Part shown: positions 13,205 through 23,300 of the stretch, in pieces
Position numbering within the stretch: position 1 is the first letter of the stretch
How the letters are laid out: each line of letters starts with the position of its first letter
NCBI RefSeq assembly: GCF_006345805.1
Contig: NC_043002.1
Span: 32,860,001-32,924,000 of the forward strand
Origin: Octopus sinensis
Taxonomy: Eukaryota
Direction: 5' to 3'
DNA: 64,000 nucleotides
Made by a program: the position numbers and the translations under genes
Notes under the pieces: generated by a model
Told to the model about the DNA's origin: nothing
The model's input: the letters and a program-made list of their open reading frames with translations, nothing else
Database searches by the model: none

Positions 13205-13430
13205 TTTTTAATTCTTCAAAATGTACTTCCGCGTATGTTCACAATCACTGAAAATTTCAGACCTAGAGTTAAGGACTTTACATCTGAAAAGGATCTGACC
13301 TCTTTCAGCTAAACATGGCTTACATTTATTTGATCCATTAACATAAGATGTGGATTTTTCAATTATTTTCCTCTTAATCACATGTAGTGTTGCGTTAGAT
13401 TTCAAACTCCATGTGTGACCAGCCAACTTA
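13205..13430 (-). mobile_element. Penelope-like element C-terminal coding remnant
   Basis: HTWSLKSN...KIIEKSTSYVNGSNKCKPCLAER...LNSRSEIFSDCEHTRKYILKN resembles the C-terminal tail after GIY-YIG in marine-invertebrate PLEs (recalled pattern). Confidence 0.6.
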
Positions 13431-13988
13431 GTAGCTTTGCTTTTCTTCTTATGTTAAAGGAGGCTATGTGATTTGCAGAGTAGTTTTTAAACTCCTTCAC
13501 ATAATTCAAGTGTTGCAGTAACGTCTGCCATATGTGTATGTATACACCTATATCATTGCTTGGCAACTGGTATTGGTTTGTTTCTGTATTCGTAACTTAG
13601 CGTTTCGACAATAATGATCTGATAGAATAAATACTAGACTTATAAAATTAAGTACTTGGATTTATTTGTTCGACTAAACCCTTCCCGATGGTGCTCCAGC
13701 ATGTCCACACTTTAATGACCGAAGCAAGTAAAGGATAAAAGATAGATGCTATTTATAAACAACCTTAATATAATTCATTCTCTTACGTAATATATTGAGT
13801 TAAGTATATTTGCCAACGCCTAAGATATATTTCATTTTAAGGATAAACGTAACTAAGAAGGCATGCCTGTGTTGGCAACTTCACAGTGAAAGATTTATAG
13901 CTAGCTTCTCCGTCAAATTTCCCCCTACCTGATAACAAAACACCCCGAATGAGAGTTAATACATTTAATACAAGCTCACATACAAGCA

Positions 13989-14031
<43 letters not shown>

Positions 14032-14046
14032 ATATATATATATATA

Positions 14047-14450
14047 TAAAGGGTGTGCCATAATGATGAGGCACATATTTTAAACGCTAGTATCGTGGAT
14101 TATAAAAATGACATAAAGTACCAAATATATTTATTATATAACTGATATACACCAATTCAACGTATCTAAGATTTGAACATTACATCTTGGAGATGGTCAC
14201 CACTACGGAGCCCGTTTTCTCATATCAAGCACACTGCAGCTTAGCATAGCAACTGGAATGGCTACAATTTCCTGCCTCACCGAAGATTGTAACAACAAGC
14301 AGGATCACTTTTCGGGATGATGCTCATCGCTTTCCAAAATGGTGTCGGAATTTTTGGTGGAGGCTACAACGATGAATCTTTGGCTAGTGAGATATGCTTC
14401 GACCACGACATTATGAGGGTGTTGCAACACTAACTACCTGCAAAGAATAA
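14047..14450 (-). mobile_element. Tc1/mariner-superfamily 3' fragment
   Basis: TIR-like AAGGGTGTGCCATAA next to (TA)n; minus frame ends GDHLQDVMFKS*, like the GGHLxDVIFK* termini of some Tc1/mariner groups. Confidence 0.45.
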
Positions 14451-14576
14451 TAAAATCTTAGATATGTTGAACTCCTGTATATCAATCTTATAAAAAATAT
14501 ATTTGGTACTCTATCATTTTTATAATCCAAGATACTAGCATTTAAAGTGTATCTCATTATCATGACTTAGATTGTA

Positions 14577-14692
<116 letters not shown>

Positions 14693-14849
14693 TATATCAT
14701 ATATAAACAAACATAAGCTTGTTTTTAGAAGAGTTGAAATGTATTTAAAAAGAAACTTATCTTTATCTATATATGATATAATTTGAATTACAACCTAGCG
14801 TTTCAAGAGAACTTTATAAATTCAAAAATTGTGGTTTAATTTGTCTGTG

Positions 14850-14922
14850 GGCAGTTTAGTTTAACTGGTAAAGCACTTGACCGGTAATGAAGGGTATGTG
14901 AGTTCGAGTCTCATGGCTGGTT
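14850..14922 (+). tRNA. tRNA-Thr(GGT)-like pseudogene or SINE head
   Basis: A-box TAGTTTAACTGG; T-arm GTGAG-TTCGAGT-CTCAT; imperfect anticodon arm CTTGA-CCGGTAA-TGAAG; weak acceptor stem; followed by a (GAGT/GTGA)-rich tail. Confidence 0.45.
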
Positions 14923-15044
14923 GCTAAGGGTTTTATCCTGCGAATGAGTGAGTGACTGATAAAGTGACTAATAAAGTGAGTGTATGGGTGAGTGAATGAG
15001 TGTAAGTTAGAGAATGAGCGAGTATAAGGGAGGTAAATAGACAG

Positions 15045-15545
15045 TGAAAGACTGTACTGGTGCTTCTATAATGAATATATACACCTTCCTTGCAATCTTT
15101 GAATGCATTTACGAGTAAAGCCAAAAAGTATAGAGAAAATATCGTTGGTCCACTCAATTTTCCACTTTAAAAAGTTCTGAAATAACTCCTTCAACGTTAG
15201 CGAATGCGTCCATGTCATCATGAAAAGACCTTATCATATGCACACTGAATGTATTGGCCATCCAAGCTTATGCGAAACATCCTATAATGCAAGCGTATTC
15301 ACTGAGTGTGCCAGAGGCCTTTGTTAAATCAATACAAACTTGGACTAAATCAAAATTTTGTTCACGACACTTTTCTTGCAACTGCCGTGCAGAAAAGAAC
15401 ATATCTATGGTTCCCTGTATTTGTTTGAAACCACATTGGGATTCAGAGAGAGAATTCGGTGAAATATTATGGTTTAATCGTGGAAGGAGACCCCACCCCC
15501 AGTGAGTACTTTGCCAGCAGAGGATAAGAGTGGGATTCCTCTTCA
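15045..15545 (-). mobile_element. RTE RT fragments
   Basis: LSESQCGFK...TIDMFFSARQLQEKCREQN...DLTKA; PTIFSLYF...GVYIHYRS. Confidence 0.8.
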
Positions 15546-15554
15546 GTATCCACA

Positions 15555-16920
15555 TTTATCTCGTACTCCCTTTCCTTTGTGCCTCCTGCTGCGATGTGGT
15601 TTCATCCGGTATTTCAGATAAAAAATCTAGACGTTTTTTGAAAACTTCCATGTCTACCCTTTGCCGTCCAGTTCGGGGATTATTGTAGATTTCAATTCCG
15701 AAATTTGGAGCTAGACCCTCCATTATTTTCCATATGTATAGTACTGCATATCTCTCACGCTTCTTCTCCAAGGAGTAGAGTCCCAGTTCCTTCAACCTCT
15801 CCCAGTAGCCCATGTGTTTTACTGAGTCTATCTTCTTTGTGTAGTGGCGTTGGATAGCTTCTAGTTCCGCAACTGATTTTACACTCTGTGGAGACTACAG
15901 TTGGGGGCAGTAGTCCAGACGACTAAGGACAAAAAATCTACAAAGCAGAAGCATTGTGTCTCTGTTCCTGGTCCTGAAAGATCTAAGGATCCAACCTATC
16001 ACCCGTCTGCATAGTGTTGTCAGCTGAGCAATGTGCACATGGAAAGTTGCGTCGTTGCTCATGTGGATTCCTAGGTCACACACCGACTCTAACTCTGATG
16101 AGATTACATTGCCTGCTGATCTCGTGTACTTCAGCTGTAGATTGTTTGTGGACTGACAGCGGAGTGCTTGAAATTTTGCGACACTGAACTGCATATTATT
16201 CTCATCAGCCCATTTATATACTGCGTTCAGGTCATTCTGCGGTCTTAGTAGCTGGATGACCTTATGGCTGAGGGCATGTCCGAGAGAGCAACCACAAGCA
16301 GAAGTGGTGTCTCGGTACTATTCTCTCGGGGATTCCACTGAGGATTGGCATCACTTCATAGAGAGCACTATTTGCTGTGACAGCTTGGCTTCTGACCTTC
16401 GGAAAGCCATGCCAGCCACTGTCCCAGTCTACCAGCGATTCCGAGGTCACGCAATTTGTGACATATCATTCCATGATCGACTTTGTTAAAGTCGAGATAT
16501 ATCACATCTACATTTGAATGGTTGAGCTGTTATTTCAGTACCTAGTCGAAGTGATGTAATAGCTGTGTTAGGTTAGGTTGCGTGTCTGTAAGCAAGTCGC
16601 TTTCCTCTAGGAGCGTGGTCATTTTTTTTCTGACAATGTGTTCCATGATCTTGTTGACATGTGAGGTCAGAGAGATAATCATGTAGTTTATAGCATCTTC
16701 TCTGCTTCCTCCTTTGAGGACAGGGCAGATTGTTCCTTCTTTTAACGCTTGAGTAAATGTACCGCATTCAAGGAAACTCTGGAAAATCATTTGCTATGGT
16801 TTTACAAGAGCTTTCTTGCATGTTTTTAACAGAATTGCTGGGAATCCATCTGGGCCTGTTGCAAAGTTTGGGTTTATCTCATCAATAGAGGACAATACAT
16901 CCTCTTCTTGATTGGCGAGT
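15555..16920 (-). mobile_element. CR1-type LINE remnant (RT and C-terminus)
   Basis: KGGSREDAINYMIISLTSHVNKIME; DLGIHMSNDATF...WILRSFRTR...SRLDYCPQL; YWERLKELGLYSLEKKRERY. Confidence 0.8.
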
Positions 16921-16924
16921 GCAG

Positions 16925-17150
16925 AGAGAGGGAGAGAGGATAGGGATATCGCGGGAGGGGTAGGGAAAGGAAGATGAGAAGAGAGTAGAACAGAAGAGTA
17001 CACTAGGAGGGAGAGGTGGGAGAAGAGAAAATGGGAGGAGAGGAGAGCAGGAGAGTACACAAGGAGAGGGAGGGAGGGAGGGAGAGAGGGAGGGAGGTTA
17101 GGTGAGGAAAGCGAGGAGAGCAAATTGATCGAAGAGAGGTGGGAGCGGGG
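16925..17150. repeat. GA-rich low-complexity repeat
   Basis: Direct reading. Confidence 0.8.
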
Positions 17151-17259
17151 ATTCTACAATCGCACGGAGAATTGATTCATGAAAGTTTAGCTGATACAAG
17201 TTTATAGCAATGCCCGACGGTGTGGGGCAAATTTACGTTATATGATCCAGTATTAATTA

Positions 17260-18510
17260 ACTTTTTTTTAAGCCGATTTATTTATTCATTTATATATTTA
17301 TATATGTACACTCCTCTGTGTAAGTCTGTAAGGAAAATAAAGCTGAAAAGAGTCGAATCGAAGATGTAAACAAAGTAAATGATTATCGGTATGTGGCGGT
17401 TTTTGTTCCACCACCTTCTCTACCTCCCCGCCCTATAGAAGAAGACAAGTAATTCTTCTCCTTTAGGTGGCGGGGTAATCATTTCCACCGTCGGTGGCAC
17501 AATTCCCACCGACGAAGTTCCGGGACATGTCCCGTTTTTCTTTTTCCTCCTCTTTTTTCTTACTGAGGAAGGGTGGGTTTCCTCCGTAACCGAGAGATCC
17601 ACCTCCCCTCCCTCAGCCCTAGGGTCCCTCGGTGAGCAATCATTGTTGCTCACCTTCTTCTTTTGCGATCCTTCTTTGAGGATGCCTCCTCCTCCTCCTC
17701 GGCCGCCTCCATTCCCTCTTCTAGAGAGATACCAACCAATTGCTCCAGGACCTTGCTTTGGTTCTGGGGCCAGTTCCTTTTTATATGACCAGGTTCAGGG
17801 CACAGTTGACACTTGAGCGGGGCGGCCCTCAAGAACCACCGGGTACCTGCACCCAGCCATAGTTAAAATGTCCGGAAAGACTAAATCATTTGCTGATTGG
17901 GTCCACGGGGTCAAAGCCACTTTTGACCCGACCCAATCAGCCACCAGTAACAGCTTTATATTGGGAAGCTCGGTGCTGCTGTCACCCAGAGCCCGGCGGA
18001 TAGTGTCCTCTATCCACCCTGGTTCTATATTGGTTGGCAGCCCGCAGACCCAAGCCCTCGTCAATTTCCTCCCACAATACGTGGGAAGAAATAAAATTTT
18101 ATTGCTCTCCAGGGGCTGGCTCGCAAAAATACGAGTCTCCTCCGGCGTATCAAATAGCAACCAAATCGTTGCATATCCGAAAACCCGGAAATAAACTTCA
18201 CAGTTGGCAGATAGTCTGCTAACTTCTTTTCAATTTCCTGCTTGGAGAAGACGGCAATGGCATCGAGAACTTTCGAGTACGTTCTCAACACCACCGTCTT
18301 CTCCTCTTGCTGTTTAAGCCACTCTTTGAGTGAGATAATCTCCCACTCCAAAGCAGTGCTTTTCTTGTTGCCCGTCATGTTAGAGAAAAAAAATCAAAAA
18401 GACAGTTCACTGAGATAGTTCATAAAAAGTGTTTGAAGTAAACAGGAGACGAGAAAACAGTTCAAAAAAAAAAAAGCAAAAAGACACGACGAACACACTC
18501 TTCTGGCCAC
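17260..18510 (-). mobile_element. Tx1/L1-type ORF1 copy with its own 3' UTR and A-tail, no ORF2
   Basis: ORF1 pieces 18061-18378, 17795-18160 (ILFLPTYCGRK, VVLEGRP) and 17650-17832 (KCQLCPEPGHIKRN, decayed knuckle); minus strand ends AATAAATAAATCGGCTTAAAAAAAA at ~17290-17262. Confidence 0.65.
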
Positions 18511-18599
18511 AGGTACTCCTGGCCCAAACTGGAACTTGGTAGCAACAGCAAAACCAGGTACTCCGAAGCAGGAATTACAGCAAACCAGGGGGTAGAGTC

Positions 18600-18800
18600 G
18601 TAATATTCTTGAGGCGATCTCCTGGTTGTAGCACCGATGAAGTGCCTCAAGTTCTGCTATAAATTTCACATTGTGGAGTGACCAGAGTTGAGAGCAGTTG
18701 TCCAGACGTTTGAAGGCAAATACTCTCCATAGAAACTGCATAGTTTCCTGGTCTCTTGTTCTTAAAGTTCTCTGAATTTATCCTGCCATTAACCTGCACA
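18600..18800 (-). mobile_element. Short CR1-type fragment
   Basis: RTRDQETMQFLWRVFAFKRLDNCSQLWSLHNVKFIAELEAL. Confidence 0.65.
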
Positions 18801-19289
18801 TTATCAATCACCATCTTGATATGTACTTAAAAAGAGGAGTTGTTCATATCAGTCCCCAGATCACACACTGTACTTGATTCAAGGACTGCCAGTCCTTTTG
18901 GTCCATTGTATATATGTATGTTTGAAATTTCTCAACGAGAGATATTCAGTAACAGTACTCTGGAGTACATATTGTTTTGTGCTGAGTAAGGATGCTAAAC
19001 TCTTTTGTTTGAAAATATAAGGACACAGATAATGTGTCGTATAGCCAACTGGAGACGCTGCTTCCTGGGGCTAAATGACAGTAACATTCGACTGCCACGT
19101 TATGTTGGCAAATAATCTTTACTATAAATGTATGTAAGCAAGTATATGTGTGTATGTATGTATATGTGTATCTATTTATGCATCCTGCATAAAACCTTTC
19201 CTACGGCAGGCAGCAATGATACTCCCCTATAATTATCACAATCATTCCTGTTGCCCTTTCCCTTATACAGGACCACCATTACTGTATCT

Positions 19290-21228
19290 CTCTAGTCCTC
19301 AGGTACAGATTCACTAGTCCATATCTTACCAAACAAAGAGTAAAGTTTCTGCAGAAGTTTCTCACCACCATGCTGTAACAACTCCGCATGTATGCCATCC
19401 ATACCAGGAGACTTCCCATTATTCAACCTTGAGACAGCCATTACAACTTCTTCCAACCTTGGTGGTTCTGCGAGTGCTGCCTTCACAGGTGATCCAGGGA
19501 TGAGATTGAGAACATCCTCACTAACTACAGACTGCTGATTCAAAAGTTCATCAAAGTGTTCTTGTCACCTTCGCAGAATTCCTTGTGAATCACGAAGAAG
19601 TTCTTTACCATCCCTGCTTCGAAGTGGTGTCATCAGGGAAGACGTCGGTCCATAAACTTCTCGCAAGAGATCATACAACAGCTTTGTGTTATTGGAATCT
19701 GATGCTGCCTGTATCTCATCAGCCTTCTTACTCCACCACATATCCCTCATCTGAGAGAGCCTTTGCCTCACACGTGATTTTACGTCCTTGAGTTCCCTAT
19801 GCAACACTTCCCTTTCCTGTGGCTTTGCTGACAAATAGCGTGACAAAGTACGTCGTTTATCAGCCAATAAATCATCTATATGTTCATCATTTTCTTTAAA
19901 CCAATCTTGATGTTTTCTTTGTATCAATCCCAGAACTTTCTTGCCTATATCATTGCAGATTGTGTTCTTCCAGAAAGTCAATCTGGCTTTCGTGTGGGAC
20001 GTGGCACTGCTGATATGATCTTTTCAGCTAGACAGCTTCAGGAGAAGTGTGTGGAACAGGGTCTGGATTTGTATCAGGTTTTTGTCGATCTGACAAAAGC
20101 CTTTGATACTGTCAATAGAAAAGCATTGTGGAAAGTCCTCCATAAACTTGGGTGTCCTGAAAAGTTCCTTGCTTTGGTTAGGTCTTTTCATGAAGACATG
20201 AATGGCAGGGTGAATGTGAGAGGGAAAATGTCGGAGCCCATTTCAATACAAAATGGAGTGAAACAGGGGGATATTCTGACACCGACCCTATTTTCCATAT
20301 ATTTTGCGATGGTGTTCTGTATTGCATTCAGAAACTGCAGATACGGTGTTTACGTCCATTATCGAACCTCTGGCAGCATATTTAATATCAGGCGCCTTGC
20401 TGAAAAAACAAAGGTATTTACAAAGGTATTTACCTCTATCAAATAGGCAGATGATTGTGAACTAGTAGCGCACACAGAGATTGATATGCAACACATTTTG
20501 AATGCATTCTCTAGTGCTTGCACTGCCTTAGAATTGACGGTCAGTCTCAAGAAAACTGTTGTCATGTACCAACCTGCCTCTGGTAAGCAATATAGTATAC
20601 CAAATATCTATGTGTATGGTAAACAACTTGATGTAGTTGATCAGTTTGTCTACCTGGGAAGCACTTTTAATAGATATATAGATATAGCAATTTGGATTAT
20701 GAAATTCCATACAGAATTAGGAAAGCAAGTGTTGCTTTCGGAAGGCTAGAAAAGCGCCTCTGGAGTCGGCGAGACATATGCAGAAAGACAAAGATAAAGG
20801 TGTACAAGGCATGTGTGCTCCCTTCTCATCTCTATGCCTGCGAGACGTGGGTCACATATCGATACCACCTTAAACAACTGGAACATTTCAATCAGATGTG
20901 CCTCAGACGGATCTATGGTATTAAGTGGAAGGACCGCATCAGTGATTTTGAAATATTGGAAGGCTCTCGGTGTGAAAGTATAGAAGATCTTGTGTTAAAG
21001 CAAAGGCTCAGATGGAGTGGTCATCTGGTCAGGATGAAGGATTCAAGGATGCCAAAACAACTCTTTTATGGAGAGTTAGCTAAAGGAGAACGACCTCCAC
21101 ACAGACCAAAAAAGAGGTATAAGGACTTGCTGAAGGCATCCTTAAGAGATGCTTGCATCTCCCCTGACACATGGGAAGGCATAGCTATTGATCGTAGCAG
21201 GTGGAGAAGAATTGTGCACGAGGGGACA
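19290..21228 (+). mobile_element. RTE LINE with an inverted 5' segment (19290-~19945 minus; ~19945-21228 plus)
   Basis: Minus: RKHQDWFKEND...NGKSPGMDGIHAELL...KIWTSESVPED. Plus: VLPESQSGFR, FVDLTKAFDTV, GVKQGDIL, YLGST, RLRWSGHLVRM. Confidence 0.85.
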
Positions 21229-21759
21229 CTTTCTGTGCCCTTTCGATATTTGCAAAGGGAGTTCATCCTTCCCTCGTCAACCTAAGTGATACGCACGGAC
21301 TGCAGTTTAGTGTGCCTAAAGCCAGCCTTACTGGTTAGCCATATTGAGATGGCAAATATATCTCACATTGTCGTGCAGTCACTGTTTATACCTCGTTCAG
21401 AGATTTATTATTGCTTGAATACACTTTTTCAAGATCAGTGACGAATAGTTACTGGAAAAAGGATATTAATATTTACATTGGGAACTCCTTTCATCGAAGA
21501 CCGGTGTTTTTTTAATTTTTCCTCTGAGTATACCAATATTTTTCTGTTGCTGCAAATCGTTGTGTGAGTTCGTTTCCTTTTGTCTACTCTGTCGTGTTAC
21601 AAGTAATATCATTGTTGAACTGTTTTTGACCCAGTAATTTTCGCCCTTCGGGGTAGAAAATTTCTGTGTGCTGTTTTGTGTGAACTCTTAACCTGTATAG
21701 GTTATTTTTGGAAAAAAAAAAATTCTCTTGTCATGTGTGACAAGTTTGTGTTGTCTAAT

Positions 21760-23204
21760 ATGGAATTAGACTTAAGTTCAAAAAAAGACTTTCCCGAGAT
21801 GGGAGAAAGTATAACAACTGTTAAACAAAAGGAAACACAGACAAAACCCAGTTTTTCAGACGCCGTAGGTGGCGAAGTCGAAGAAATGGAGGTATCAATG
21901 GAAAGATTATTCAAGTTTAGATCGCTGGTGCAAAAAAGTGGCGAAAGAAACACGATTGGTACCGCCCCCCGAAACTATACAAGCAATAAAGGAAAAAATG
22001 GTCACCTACAGGGTGTACAATATCAAGGAAAAACGAATGACCGACGTGTGAAAAACGAAATGGTCGAAAAGTGTATGGCTCCAATATGGAGTAAAGTTAG
22101 TCATGTCAACCGAGGTGCAAGAAGCGCTACAGTGGAGGCGCATTTTGAAACGGCGGAAGTAGCAAGGCAAATTTCGACACAAACGTTGAAAAACGAGAGT
22201 ATAATACTGCTACCCTTATATTTAGGATGCAGAACCGCAAAAGTGACCCTAGAAGATATACCAACGGGCTACGACGTGATGTGGGCGGCAACAGCGGTCA
22301 TTTTTGATGTTGAATCAAAATTGACAATTTTAAGTATGAAGAGAAAAATTGCAAAACACTGGAGAGGCCAGCAGCTGGAGATGATAATCCAGGCGGAAAA
22401 TGCGACGTTGGAAAGCCTACCAGACAGAGTCTTCGTGGGGGAGGGGCACTCCATACGAGTTTCGGTGGAAGGACGCAGGCCCAGATGTTTTAAGTGCGGG
22501 CAAAAGGGCCACGTTCGCTCCGTTTGCACAAAAAAAAAATAATGCGGGCAACGCCCCCCCACAAAACGCTGTGAAGAACGCAGAAGAAAGCAGCAAAGTG
22601 GAGAAAAAAGTAACGGCTGGCGAAAACAAGGAGGAAAAAAAAAAACAGGTCGAACTCCAAAAAGGAGGAAGACAAGAACGAAATGCAAAATGAGAAAGGA
22701 AAGGATGAGGAAAATAATGCAACAAAAACAAATAAACAAGAAGACATGGAATTTACGAACGTGTCCAACAAAAGGAAAAAATCCATCACCCCTGACTCCC
22801 CACCCGTATCAAAAAAAAAAAACAACGCAGACGAACAAATTAAAAATATTCTCCAATCCCACCCCGCGCGGTTACTACACTTATAGGCCAGCACTTTAAC
22901 AAACCCCACCCCCCAACTGTAAAAGGGTTTAAACCCAACGAAAAAATATTGCATACACCACAAAGAACGTGAGAGTAGAAACATGGGTGAAAGCAAGTAC
23001 GTGATCAGGTGCTACAAAGCGACCGAGAAGGAAGCGGAGTGGCGATATGGAAGGGTCGGCGAAGAAGGATGGAAAGACAAAACCTTACAAAGCCACGTAA
23101 AAGCCGGCTTCATTAAGGATGTCACCCAGGAGGTGACAACTGGGAAATTACCCGTTAGCCCGGCAGCCACACCAACCCAGAGCCCGGTGGCAACGCCGGT
23201 GTGA
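21760..23204 (+). pseudogene. ORF1 of copy A (RRM-like region, CCHC zinc knuckle, charged linker, C-terminal segment), frameshifted
   Basis: MELDLSSKKDF...EGRRPRCFKCGQKGHVRSVC; C-terminal ORF 22983-23204. Confidence 0.8.
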
Positions 23205-23300
23205 AACACCCAACAGCAACGGCGAGTGGGGGGGAGACAGGCAGAAAGAATCTGTCAGGCTCCCTCTCGCAACCGTGAGTAAATAATTTTCTTTTTCTCG

